Source of the DNA: Gammaproteobacteria bacterium | Lineage (GTDB): Bacteria; Pseudomonadota; Gammaproteobacteria; JBCCGL01 | Reading direction: 5' to 3' | DNA: 64,000 bases | Assembly: GCA_965277715.1 (NCBI GenBank) | Contig: OZ255836.1 | Coordinates: forward strand, 416,001-480,000 | Part shown: positions 52,716-62,632 of the stretch, piece after piece | Position numbering within the stretch: position 1 is the stretch's first letter | Layout: every line of letters begins with the position of its first letter | Notes under the pieces: model-generated | The model's input: the letters and a program-made list of their open reading frames with translations, nothing else | Databases searched by the model: none | Told to the model about the DNA's origin: nothing | Position numbers and translations under genes: made by a program

Positions 52716-54788
52716 TTAACCTCCGGCGGCTACCAACGGTATTTCCCGACGAAACAAGTGTGCGTATTGATCCGCCCCCGATTCAAATAAGCGTGCCGCC
52801 TCGTGCCCGGCATACACGGCGGTGGCCACTGTACCGGGCACTTCACAATCGCCAATTGCCTGGAGTGTTTTAAACTGTGTGGGGCTTTCTATCAACGCCT
52901 GATACAAGGCATCGTTTGACGTTTTCGATGTCACCACAACCAACGTATCCGCCGCTAAGGATTGTGTTTGCCGGGTGTCATTCACGGTGTCAAACACATT
53001 GTAAACCGTCAGCTCAGCAGGGTTGACCCCGGCGATGGCGTGCGAGGTGATCAGCCTGACGCCTATACCTAACAACCTGGCTTGAATTTTATCTTGCTCC
53101 AGCGTGTTAACCGTCCAGCTCGACACCAGTGGTTCCGGGGTGAGCAGGGTGACATCGATGCCGCTTTCGCGCAGCTTTTCAGCCAGTGCGCCCCCCATAA
53201 AGTAGTGATCGTCATCGTAAATAACCACCCGGCCACGGGTTTCTGCGCCATTGAAAATATCGTCGGGTGTCAGTACGTGTGCGCTGTCGAGGCCATCAAT
53301 CGGCTGGTGATGGTAGCGACCAACGCCATCGCGCCGCCACTGCGCTCCGGTAGCGATAAACACATGGGGAATATCCAGCGCGCAAATCTCGCTGGCACTG
53401 AGTGCATTGCCGGGGAAAATCTGTACATTTGGGTGCCGTTGCAATTGGGTAACGCGGTAGTCACGCACACGGATAAAGCTGGATAAGCCGGGCAGGGTAC
53501 TCTCTGGGACGACACGCCCGCCCAGCGTTTCCCTGGTTTCTGCCAGCATCACCGGGTAGCCACGGTTGGCCATTTGCAGCGCGCACTCCAGCCCGGCCGG
53601 GCCAGCACCGACTACCAACACCGCATCATCACTGGCGGCAGGGGCGATGTGCTCCGGGTGCCAGTTGCGTTTCCACTCCTCGCCCTGCGTTGGGTTTTGT
53701 GTACAGCGAATCGGCCCGCCCATATTGTCTTGCGCCACGCAAATATTACAGCCGATGCACTCGCGGATTTCATCGATGCGGTCTTCTCGAATTTTATTAG
53801 GCAAAAACGGGTCGGCGATTGAGGGCCGTGCCGCGCCAATAAAGTCCAGCACACCACGGGTAATTTGCGACACCATCGCATCGGCTGAGGTAAACCGGCC
53901 AACACCGACCACGGGTTTGGTGGTCAGGGATTTGACAAACGCGGTGTATTTTTCCTGGTAACCTTCGTTCGGTTCAAAGCGTGCAGTGGCGGAATCGTTG
54001 CCCCAGTCGGAGACATTGACATCCCATAAGTCGGGGATTTCGGCGAGCATTGCCACCACATCGTGGCCTTCGCCGTGCGCCTGTAAACCGTGTTCGCCAA
54101 GCAGTTCGTCAACCGCAAAGCGCAGGGCGATGGCACAACTATCACCGACGGCTTCTTTAACATCGGTCAATGTCTCGCGCAGAAAACGCACGCGATTTTC
54201 CAGTGAACCCCCATATTCGTCGATGCGCTGGTTCATCTGCGGTTTTAAAAAGTGCATCAACGTGACCATATCGTGCCCGGCGTAGACATAGACAATATCG
54301 TAGCCCGCACGTCTGGCACGCTTTGCCGATTCAACGTGCCAGCGGCGTACATTGTGGATATCCGCTTTCGTCATGCCACGCGCCTGGATTGGCATATTGC
54401 CGTGGACGATGGTTGGGCTGGGCGCCATCGGTGCCAAACGACTGTACAGATTGCTGGCGTGATGGCCGTTGTAGGCCAACTCAATGCCCGCCAGTGCGCC
54501 GTGCGCATGCACCGCATCGGTCATAAGCTGGTGTTGGGGGATGTCATCGTCGTCCCACAGGCGCCCCTCAACATAGGGAGTTAGCTCCGAGCTGGGGTGG
54601 ATTTCGACCTCCTGTGTACATACCACCCCCCAGCCGCCTTCCGCTTTAACGCCACGGTTGTGTGCCTCTGCGCGTGGTCGCGCATGGCCCAGGACATTGC
54701 AATGAGGTACCTGGTAAAAACGGTTTTTTGCCGTTACCGGGCCAATTTGTACGGGTTCAAACAGAATGTCATAGCGTGATTGGGTCAT
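52716..54788 (-). CDS. Trimethylamine/histamine dehydrogenase-like flavo-iron-sulfur protein
   Basis: NRFYQVPHC, VYVYAGH, ECIGCNIC...CTQN cluster, GAGPAG. Confidence 0.87.
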   Translation of the reverse strand: MTQSRYDILFEPVQIGPVTAKNRFYQVPHCNVLGHARPRAEAHNRGVKAEGGWGVVCTQEVEIHPSSELTPYVEGRLWDDDDIPQHQLMTDAVHAHGALAGIELAYNGHHASNLYSRLAPMAPSPTIVHGNMPIQARGMTKADIHNVRRWHVESAKRARRAGYDIVYVYAGHDMVTLMHFLKPQMNQRIDEYGGSLENRVRFLRETLTDVKEAVGDSCAIALRFAVDELLGEHGLQAHGEGHDVVAMLAEIPDLWDVNVSDWGNDSATARFEPNEGYQEKYTAFVKSLTTKPVVGVGRFTSADAMVSQITRGVLDFIGAARPSIADPFLPNKIREDRIDEIRECIGCNICVAQDNMGGPIRCTQNPTQGEEWKRNWHPEHIAPAASDDAVLVVGAGPAGLECALQMANRGYPVMLAETRETLGGRVVPESTLPGLSSFIRVRDYRVTQLQRHPNVQIFPGNALSASEICALDIPHVFIATGAQWRRDGVGRYHHQPIDGLDSAHVLTPDDIFNGAETRGRVVIYDDDHYFMGGALAEKLRESGIDVTLLTPEPLVSSWTVNTLEQDKIQARLLGIGVRLITSHAIAGVNPAELTVYNVFDTVNDTRQTQSLAADTLVVVTSKTSNDALYQALIESPTQFKTLQAIGDCEVPGTVATAVYAGHEAARLFESGADQYAHLFRREIPLVAAGG

Positions 54789-54939
54789 GGCGATACAATA
54801 CCGAAGCGTTGCGAACAAAGCGCCACTGTAGCAGACAGTCGGCCTGTCTGAAAACACAATAGAGTAGCGCTGTGCGGCAATGTCCTATAGTCTCGCGGCT
54901 CACCAGATAACCGGTAAAACGGATTGACTAATAGAGTAG

Positions 54940-55806
54940 GTGCAATTGCACAATAATAATATTAAGGCCGCTATGCTGGTGGTGTTGGCAACCACGATGA
55001 TCACCACAAATGACGCACTGTTTAAGCACCTCTCGCAGATGTTTAGTGTGGGGCAGATTATGTTTATTCGCGGTGTGCTGGTGTGCGCAATTTTTACCGT
55101 GGTGCTGCTCGCCTCAAAGCAGGCGGTGTTTAATAAACGGGCATTACACCGTTGGAATATTATTCGGGCGCTATTGGAATTGGCGGCGACACTGGTTTTT
55201 CTGACCGGCTTATCACTGCTACCCCTGGCAATTGCCTCAACGCTGGCGTTTTCCTCGCCCATTGTCCTGGCCATACTGGCAGCGGTTTTTTTGCGAGAGC
55301 AGGTTGATTGGGTACGTTGGGTGGCGATTATCGCCGGTTTCATCGGCGTGGCGATGATCGCTAATCCATTTGCCGATGAGGTTAACTGGGCAGTGTTGTT
55401 TCCGATAGCCTGCGCCATACTTGTCGCTCTGCGCGATCTGGCGATTCGCTATGTTCCCGATGATATTCCCTCATTGCACGTGGCATTTACCAACGCCTGG
55501 ATGGTGATGCTGGGCGGTGGTCTATTGTGTTTGTTTCAGGGTTGGCGCCCCGTCGATATTACCTGGTATTTTTGGTTTGCTGGCCTGGCGGTGGCTATTC
55601 TCGGTGGTTACACCTGCTATGTGATGGGTACGCGGCTGGGCGAGTTATCATTCTTGGCGCCGTTTAAATACGTCAGTGTATTGCTGGCTATTGCCATCGG
55701 TTACTTTGTGTGGAGTGATGTTCCCACTGTGCTAATGCTGTCGGGTGCGGCAGTGATTGTGGGTGCGGGCATCGTATTGCTGGTGGGGGAGAAGAGAAGA
55801 CTATGA
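54940..55806 (+). CDS. DMT/EamA transporter
   Basis: About 10 TM, FSSPI..LA.VFLRE, APFKY motifs. Confidence 0.85.
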   Translation: MQLHNNNIKAAMLVVLATTMITTNDALFKHLSQMFSVGQIMFIRGVLVCAIFTVVLLASKQAVFNKRALHRWNIIRALLELAATLVFLTGLSLLPLAIASTLAFSSPIVLAILAAVFLREQVDWVRWVAIIAGFIGVAMIANPFADEVNWAVLFPIACAILVALRDLAIRYVPDDIPSLHVAFTNAWMVMLGGGLLCLFQGWRPVDITWYFWFAGLAVAILGGYTCYVMGTRLGELSFLAPFKYVSVLLAIAIGYFVWSDVPTVLMLSGAAVIVGAGIVLLVGEKRRL

Positions 55807-56990
55807 CTGACACCGTGAAACATAACCGCTTTTTGCTTGGCTCACTTGCGCTTGGCCACCTGACCAATGATTGGGTGGCTGGCACCTTATGGCTATTGGC
55901 ACCGGCTATTGCCGCCAGTATGGGGTTGGGGCCAACGGAAGTGGGTCTACTGCTGACAATAAACGGCATCGGTGCGGGTTTGGTGTATATCCCCGCCGGT
56001 ATCCTGACAGACCGCGCTACACGCCCTGGGTGGTTAATGGTGATTACTTTCTGGTGGGTGGCGATTGGTTATTTTTGTGCCACCCTGGCACCGGGTTTTT
56101 GGGCGGTTACCTTATTGCTGGCATTCGGTGTTATGGGTGATGCATTTTGGCATCCAGTTGCCACTGGCGTGCTGGTCAAACGCATGCCCGGGCGGCGCGC
56201 ACAAGTACTGGGTATCCACGCGATGGGTGGCAGTATTGGCGCGGAGGTGTTGGGGCCGATAACGGCGGGGTTTCTGCTCGGTTATTTTGACTGGCAAACC
56301 AGCCTGCAGATTCTGGTGATCCCGGCAGTTGTGATGGGGGTTTTATTTATTCCGGTAGCCAGGCGGATTGGCACCTTCACGCAAAAGAAAATGTCGGCGC
56401 TCGACTTTAAAAACCTGATTGTGCGCTGGCGGTCTGTGCGGGGTATACAACTGGTATTGCTAATGATTCTTTACAATATGTCATTGATGGCTATTTTGGC
56501 GATGACTCCCTTGTATTTGCAAACCAAACACGCCCTGGAACCATTCGCGACCAGTGTTATCTTTGCCGCCATGCTCTTGGTCGGCACGGCTTTTCAGCCC
56601 TTTATAGGGCAGTTCTCGGATCATATCGGGCGCAAATCGATCATTCTCTGTGTGTTGCTTACCGCCACCGTTTTTTCATTAATGGCTGGGTTTGCCGACA
56701 GTTTGCTGCTTTTTATCAGTTTGATATTCGTGTCGGCTGCGCTGCTAACGGCTGTACGACCTGTCGTGTTGGCGGCTGCGGTGGATTTTTCTGCCGAGTC
56801 AGAGGCGACCACACTCGGCATCGTGTTTGCCACACTCGATGGCGTAGGTGCCTTTGGTGCGCTTTGCGCGGGCTATGCCGGTGAGTTTGATTTGAGTTAT
56901 GCCTACGCCCTATCGGCGGCGTTGTCGTTGGCCTCGGCGGTATTGTGCAGTCAATTTGTATTTGCCGCTTCGACAAAAAATGCAGAATAG
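55803..56990 (+). CDS. MFS transporter
   Basis: About 12 TM, GILTDR, GQFSDHIGRK motif A. Confidence 0.87.
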   Translation: MTDTVKHNRFLLGSLALGHLTNDWVAGTLWLLAPAIAASMGLGPTEVGLLLTINGIGAGLVYIPAGILTDRATRPGWLMVITFWWVAIGYFCATLAPGFWAVTLLLAFGVMGDAFWHPVATGVLVKRMPGRRAQVLGIHAMGGSIGAEVLGPITAGFLLGYFDWQTSLQILVIPAVVMGVLFIPVARRIGTFTQKKMSALDFKNLIVRWRSVRGIQLVLLMILYNMSLMAILAMTPLYLQTKHALEPFATSVIFAAMLLVGTAFQPFIGQFSDHIGRKSIILCVLLTATVFSLMAGFADSLLLFISLIFVSAALLTAVRPVVLAAAVDFSAESEATTLGIVFATLDGVGAFGALCAGYAGEFDLSYAYALSAALSLASAVLCSQFVFAASTKNAE

Positions 56991-57046
56991 GCGTTGCTCT
57001 TTATTTTAAATAACAACGTGAGAAAACTACCCAGAGGAGAAGTGAT

Positions 57047-58204
57047 ATGTTGGCACTGACAAAAAAACGCACATTGGCATTTCAGTCGAGGTTGCGCGAC
57101 GCGGGTATCGACCTTGCGATCCTGGCCGATGAAGACAGTATTGCCTACTACGGCGGATTTTGGGGGTATCTCGGTGTGGAGTTTGGCCGCCCCACGATGA
57201 TGTTAGTGCCCGCAGAAGGTGAGTGCAGCGTTATCACACCGTTAATGGAATCCGAGATGGTCACCGCTATGACCTGGGTAGAGAAGGTCATTCCCTGGCA
57301 GGATGCCGGTACCGAACGCTGGGAGAACGTGCTACGACGCGCCTTACCCAGGCAAGGTTCACAGGCGGTGATTGGCTGGGAGGCGATGAAAACCCCGACG
57401 CTGGTGAGTGAGTGCATTGATGAATTGATCGGGCGGGAAAAAATCCGCGAAGTCAGCGGTATCGTCGGTGATATGCGCATGATTAAATCGGCAGAGGAAA
57501 TCGAGATTATGCATCAGGCCGGGCAGGTGGCAATAGCCATGCTCGACGCCGGTAAAGCGGCACTCGGTGAAGGTGTCCCGGAATACGAAGTGGCACTGGC
57601 TGTGCTCGGCGGCGGCACCCGCAAGGCCGCCAGCTTCCTCACAGATAAAGGCTGGGAGGCATTTGTATCGCCGACCGTGCACAACCTGCAAGTGCTGCAA
57701 TCCGGGCACGATACTTCGATGGTGCATCGCCGTTCAAATGTGCGGGAATTGCAACGCGGTGACCCTATCTACTTCTGCTTTTGCGGGATGGTGAATTTTA
57801 AACAGTACAAGCTGGGGTTTGATCGTGAGATTTTTATTGGTGAGGCGACCGACGAGCAAACCCACGTATACGAAACTACCATCAAAGCCCAGTTGGCGGC
57901 CCTTGCAGAAGTGCGCCCTGGTGTATTGGCAGAGGAGGTGCACAATGCGGCCAATGACGTCTATCGGTCTGCTGGGTTTAGTCCCGGCTACCGCACGGGC
58001 AGAGCGATAGGGTGCTCTTTTCTGGAAATGCCAGAAATCAAAGAAGGGGACAAAACACCGCTGCAAGCGGGCATGACCTTCGCCATCGATGGGGGGATTA
58101 CACTGCCCGGCAAGTTTGGTGGCCGGGTCGGTGATTCGATTGTAGTGACAGAGGACGGTTTTGAATACTTCACGCCCTATGCGAAAGACTTGTGTATTGT
58201 GTAA
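57047..58204 (+). CDS. M24-fold hydrolase (creatinase/Xaa-Pro peptidase family)
   Basis: RMIKSAEEI, GDSIVVTEDG; metal ligands appear substituted. Confidence 0.8.
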   Translation: MLALTKKRTLAFQSRLRDAGIDLAILADEDSIAYYGGFWGYLGVEFGRPTMMLVPAEGECSVITPLMESEMVTAMTWVEKVIPWQDAGTERWENVLRRALPRQGSQAVIGWEAMKTPTLVSECIDELIGREKIREVSGIVGDMRMIKSAEEIEIMHQAGQVAIAMLDAGKAALGEGVPEYEVALAVLGGGTRKAASFLTDKGWEAFVSPTVHNLQVLQSGHDTSMVHRRSNVRELQRGDPIYFCFCGMVNFKQYKLGFDREIFIGEATDEQTHVYETTIKAQLAALAEVRPGVLAEEVHNAANDVYRSAGFSPGYRTGRAIGCSFLEMPEIKEGDKTPLQAGMTFAIDGGITLPGKFGGRVGDSIVVTEDGFEYFTPYAKDLCIV

Positions 58205-58236
58205 GTTATTGATTGTTTGTAAAGGTATAAAAACGC

Positions 58237-59448
58237 GTGGTTGAAGAAATACAGGCAACACAAAACGGCACAACCTGTGACTGGGCGCTGGACCCGATTA
58301 TTCAGTGGTTATTTAAACACGCCCGGCTGATAGACGACCAAACCGAATTTGTACACGAACTGTCGCAACGTATCCTGCAGGCAGGCGCGCCAATCGACCG
58401 GCTGACGGTTACCTTTCTCACCATAAACCCACTGGTGCTGGTGACTACGGCCACCTGGTCAAGCGATACTGGAAAAACCATCCCCGCTCAGGCACGGCAT
58501 GGAGTGCGGGAAAGTGAGCGCTATATTGGCAGCCCGATGCAGCAAGTGAACGAAACCAAACGCAGCCTTCGCCAGTCACTGCTTACATTGCCGGAAGATG
58601 CACATTTGGCTTTTACCGAACTGGCTGGTGATGGGTATATCGATTACTACGCGATGCCAATCAGTTTCAGTAACGGGCTGGGTAGCATATTTATCGTTGT
58701 CACCAAAGCCAAGCAGGGGTTTTCCGCGTGTGATGTGAAAAATTTAAAACGCCTGCGCGATTACTTTGCGCCTATTCTTGAAGTATTTTCATTGCGGCAT
58801 ACGTCCCTGTCGTTGATGAATACTTATCTGGGCAGGCGCACCAGCCAAAAAGTGTTGTCGGGTATGATTAAGCGTGGTGATGCCGATGTGATTAATGCCG
58901 CGCTGTGGTTTAGTGATCTGCGTGATTTCACCCATCTGACAGAAATACTGCCCGCCCAGCAGATACTGGACATGCTCAATGAATATTTTGAGTTTATTGC
59001 CGCAGCGGTAACTGCATATGGCGGTGAGATCCTGCGGTTTATTGGTGATGCCATGCTGATTGTTTTCCCCATTGATGAAAAAGTCAGCAAAAAATCGGCT
59101 TGCACCGCAGCGCTTAATGCGGCCAGAGATGCACAGCAGACACTGGCTGTGCTGAACTATCGACGGCGGCGCAATGCACAGGCAGAAATCTGTTTCGGCG
59201 TGGGCCTGAACGTCGGTGAAGTGATTTATGGCAATGTCGGGGCGCCAGACAGGCTGGATTTTACCGTTATGGGGCCTGCCGTTAACCGTACTGCCCGGCT
59301 GGAATCGCTAACCAAAACCGTCGGTGAAAATATACTCGTTTCAGAGGCGTTTGCCGAAACAGTGGATTGCCCCATGCGCGCCTTTGGTAAACACGCTATG
59401 AAGGGTATTGCGCAGCCACAGGCAGTATTTGCCCCGGATAATGGGTAG
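58237..59448 (+). CDS. Class III adenylate/guanylate cyclase
   Basis: FSDLRDFT, RFIGDA, GNVG..RLDFTVMGPAVNRTARLE. Confidence 0.9.
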   Translation: MVEEIQATQNGTTCDWALDPIIQWLFKHARLIDDQTEFVHELSQRILQAGAPIDRLTVTFLTINPLVLVTTATWSSDTGKTIPAQARHGVRESERYIGSPMQQVNETKRSLRQSLLTLPEDAHLAFTELAGDGYIDYYAMPISFSNGLGSIFIVVTKAKQGFSACDVKNLKRLRDYFAPILEVFSLRHTSLSLMNTYLGRRTSQKVLSGMIKRGDADVINAALWFSDLRDFTHLTEILPAQQILDMLNEYFEFIAAAVTAYGGEILRFIGDAMLIVFPIDEKVSKKSACTAALNAARDAQQTLAVLNYRRRRNAQAEICFGVGLNVGEVIYGNVGAPDRLDFTVMGPAVNRTARLESLTKTVGENILVSEAFAETVDCPMRAFGKHAMKGIAQPQAVFAPDNG

Positions 59449-59491
59449 CGTTAAAAATGCATTATCTTTAGCACTGCCTTAACGCGTGTGC

Positions 59492-59671
59492 TTAAACAAT
59501 AGCCATCAATAAGACAACAAACCCAACAACCGCAGCGATAGGTAAAACCACACCGCCCCAATCACCTTTTTCGGCTTTTGGACTGTTTGTTAACATTTGT
59601 TTTGCACGGGGAAAGACCATCACAATCATCATTACTAACAGCAGTGCTGAGCCAATTTTGAACCAGTCCAT
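59492..59671 (-). CDS. Small two-TM protein (59 aa, not in ORF track)
   Basis: GAGGGG RBS, MDWFKIGSALLLVMMIVMVFPRAKQMLTNSPKAEKGDWGGVVLPIAAVVGFVVLLMAIV*. Confidence 0.75.
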   Translation of the reverse strand: MDWFKIGSALLLVMMIVMVFPRAKQMLTNSPKAEKGDWGGVVLPIAAVVGFVVLLMAIV

Positions 59672-59682
59672 ACCTACCCCTC

Positions 59683-59711
59683 AAAAAAACCCCGGGCAAG
59701 CCGGGGTTTTT
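59683..59711. terminator. Bidirectional-type intrinsic terminator after yccA
   Basis: AAAAAAACCCCGG-GCAAG-CCGGGGTTTTT. Confidence 0.8.
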
Positions 59712-59739
59712 GTTGTTTCACAGTGTAAAAAAGCAAAGA

Positions 59740-60405
59740 TCAGTCGTCACTATTGGCAAAACCGAGGATGTGTAGCAGAGAGGTGAATATATTAAACATA
59801 TTGATATACAGGCTAACGGTCATCATTATGTAATTTTCGCCCTGACCATGCACCATACGGCTGGTGTCATACAGGATAAACCCACTCATCAACATAATAA
59901 CCACAGCAGAAATAGCCAGTGACAGCGCGGGTATATTCAGAAAAATATTGGCCAGCGCAATGAACAATACCATCAGTATGCCCGCGAACAGGAAGCCGCC
60001 CATGAAATTGAAGTTTTTGCGGGTGGTGAGTGCATACCCGGACAAGCCCAGAAAAATGGTGCCGGTGCCGCCAAATGCAGTCGCGACCAGTTGTGGGCCA
60101 TTGGGTAGCGCGAGATAGGCTTGCAGCAATGGCCCCAGTGCGAAGCCCATCAGGCCGGTAATAGCAAAAACGACCCAAAGACCAGATGCTGAATTGGCTG
60201 TTTTGGGCAGTACAAAAAACATCAATAGAAAAGCGCCACCGATACCCAGCAGATAGGTCATGGGTGGCATATTCAGCATAACCGACACACCTGCCATGAT
60301 GGCGCTAAAAAACAGCGTAACCGAGAGCAGGGTATAGGTATTTTTAATCAGCTTGTTCGTCGCAAGGGTTGCTGTATTCGCAGACTGAACACTATAGGTA
60401 GACAT
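59740..60405 (-). CDS. yccA: Bax inhibitor-1/YccA protein
   Basis: NTYTLLS, ILYDTS, NYIMMTVSLY; adjacent to tRNA-Ser(TGA). Confidence 0.9.
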   Translation of the reverse strand: MSTYSVQSANTATLATNKLIKNTYTLLSVTLFFSAIMAGVSVMLNMPPMTYLLGIGGAFLLMFFVLPKTANSASGLWVVFAITGLMGFALGPLLQAYLALPNGPQLVATAFGGTGTIFLGLSGYALTTRKNFNFMGGFLFAGILMVLFIALANIFLNIPALSLAISAVVIMLMSGFILYDTSRMVHGQGENYIMMTVSLYINMFNIFTSLLHILGFANSDD

Positions 60406-60617
60406 TGTCTTTCTCCAAATCAGTTAAATGGTCAAACGGTGATTTTTGGCAGCCCTATTGAACAAAACCGCCCACAATCGCCGATGGCGCTATCTTACGA
60501 TACTACAATCTTGTGTCAATTAAGCCTGTTTCAAGTGTAATACAACTTAATGTTATTTATCCTGATACAAACGGTAGCATATTCCCTGTCGATTAAGTAT
60601 TATGCCCCGCGTTTACA

Positions 60618-60736
60618 GGGGCGCTGGCTGAGTGGTCTGAAAAATCGTCTGGAACGATTTTTCACCGAGCGAAGCGAAGGCCCCGAAGGGGTGAGGGCAC
60701 GGACAGCCCGAATAAAGCGGCGCGCCGCTTGAGACC
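60618..60736 (+). other. Pseudo-tRNA-Ser 5' half with 76-nt structured insert in the D-loop
   Basis: GGGGCGCTGGCTGAGTGGTC[insert 60638-60713]AAAGCGGCG versus real tRNA GGAGAGCTGGCTGAGTGGTCGAAAGCGGCG. Confidence 0.75.
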
Positions 60737-60789
60737 TTACGGAGTTGGATTGAGTACAGAAGCTAAGTGCACATGATGTAGTAAAGACG

Positions 60790-60877
60790 GGAGAGCTGGC
60801 TGAGTGGTCGAAAGCGGCGGTCTTGAAAACCGTTGAACCGTGAGGTTCCGGGGGTTCGAATCCCTCGCTCTCCGCCA
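60790..60877 (+). tRNA. tRNA-Ser(TGA)
   Basis: GGAGAGC/GCTCTCC acceptor, CTTGAAA anticodon loop, long variable arm, GGTTCGAATCC, GCCA end. Confidence 0.97.
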
Positions 60878-61020
60878 AATTAAACTTATTAAGATATTGT
60901 TTTTAAAGGAAAAAATATGAAAAACATGCCTAATACCTGAAAGAGATAGACCCGCAAAAACTAATAATATACTCTTACACATTCCTTACACAAAACTTCA
61001 CATTTTGGAGGAATGTTCAA

Positions 61021-62175
61021 GTGGCGGAAAAGCACTCAATTCTTGGTGGAAAAGTCCACGTCTACAAGCGAACGGGAAGCCCTGTATGGCAATGTTCAGC
61101 CTATTTAGCGGGTAAAAATCACCGAGTAAGTTCAAAAGAAGAGAGTTTGGCAGCAGCCAAGGATTTTGCTGAAGACTGGTATTTAACACTTCAGGATAAA
61201 AACCGCCGTGGAGAATTGCTCACAGAGAAAACGTTCCGGCACGCCGCTGAGCGTTTCAAACTTGAATATGAAGTTTTAACCGAAGGTGAGCGAAACGCCG
61301 TGTGGGTGAGAGATCACTATCGGCGCATTGATAAGCATTTGACTCCTTTCTTTGGCAAGATGGGACTTTCAACTATCACATCTGGAACAGTTCAAGATTA
61401 TCGGATTAGCCGTTTAAAGCCGGAAGATGGGAAACATATACCCTCCAGAAGCACCCTGCATCACGAAATGGTAACGCTACGTATGGTAATGAAGGCGGCA
61501 GTGAGGCATGGGTGGCTTCAATACCTGCCTGATCTCTCTGAACCATATCGTGTTTCAAATAAAGTGGTTCACCGTGCGTGGTTTTCGCCAAGCGAATATC
61601 AGCTATTGTATAAAACCACTCGTAAGAAATTAAAGGAGAAAAAAGACGACAAATATGGGTATATCTGGGCGAATCTCCACGACAAGATATTATTTATGGC
61701 CAATACCGGTATTCGTCCTGATGAAGCCAACTGCCTTGAATATCGGGATGTCGAGATTGTCAAAGACGACGCCACCGGCGAGACAATTCTCGAAATAGAG
61801 GTGCGCGGTAAGCGCGGTGTAGGATATTGCAAAAGCACCACCGGTGCTGTTAGACCTTTTGAAAGAATGAAGGAGCGAAATCAGCCAGAATCGACCGACC
61901 GTCTCTTTCCGACTGATAACCATAGACACTTTAATGAAGTGTTGACAGAAATTGATTTAAAATTTGATCGGCAGGGGAACCGCAGAACACTCTATTCTCT
62001 CCGCCATAGTTATATTTCATTTAGGTTGCTGGAAGGCGCTGATATATATCAGATCGCAAAAAACTGCCGTACCAGTGTTGAGATGATTGAGAAGCACTAT
62101 GCTGTGCATTTAAAGAACAATCTGGATACAGCGGCAATCAATGTAAGGAAAGGCCGTTTGTTTCATCCTGCTTAA
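61021..62175 (+). CDS. Tyrosine recombinase/phage-type integrase
   Basis: NTGIRPDE, YSLRHSY, IEKHY catalytic motifs; directly downstream of tRNA-Ser. Confidence 0.88.
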   Translation: MAEKHSILGGKVHVYKRTGSPVWQCSAYLAGKNHRVSSKEESLAAAKDFAEDWYLTLQDKNRRGELLTEKTFRHAAERFKLEYEVLTEGERNAVWVRDHYRRIDKHLTPFFGKMGLSTITSGTVQDYRISRLKPEDGKHIPSRSTLHHEMVTLRMVMKAAVRHGWLQYLPDLSEPYRVSNKVVHRAWFSPSEYQLLYKTTRKKLKEKKDDKYGYIWANLHDKILFMANTGIRPDEANCLEYRDVEIVKDDATGETILEIEVRGKRGVGYCKSTTGAVRPFERMKERNQPESTDRLFPTDNHRHFNEVLTEIDLKFDRQGNRRTLYSLRHSYISFRLLEGADIYQIAKNCRTSVEMIEKHYAVHLKNNLDTAAINVRKGRLFHPA

Positions 62176-62492
62176 CCTGTGCTATTTCGTTTAATTTTTT
62201 GTAGCTAATGGACGAAATTTAAAGTAATAATACCCTCCTAAGTGTCAGTTTTTTGCTCTAAGTAGACACTGGAAAAGCTCACTACTTGCAGACTTATCGG
62301 TAATCTGGTGAGATAAATACTTAAACAAAATAGAGCTACTTGGAAGTTAGCGAGAATAGACTTGCATTCAGCATTTAAATTAGTACCCTGAATACTGACC
62401 CGTAGGTCACCGAGAGAAATAATTTTCTTGGGTTGCGAGCACATGCTTAATTCAATGATAGAGCGAAATTTGCCGTTAATATCGGGAAGAAA

Positions 62493-62541
62493 CGGGCTCA
62501 TAACCCGAAGGTCGTTGGTTCGAATCCAGCCTCCGCGACCA
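62493..62541 (+). other. 3' half of initiator tRNA-Met (att-site-like remnant)
   Basis: CGGGCTCATAACCCGAAGGTCGTTGGTTCGAATCCAGCCTCCGCGACCA with no 5' acceptor or D arm upstream. Confidence 0.85.
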
Positions 62542-62632
62542 AGTTTCTAGATTATCAGTGGTATAATGGGTTTTCAAACCAGTAAAAAAGCGCTCTCAGT
62601 GACCTATGGGCTAAGCCCTAACCCCACAGAGA

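Noticed and set aside
60550-60982. ORFs overlapping tRNA-Ser and the pseudo-tRNA
   Set aside because: Shadow frames of structured RNA sequence
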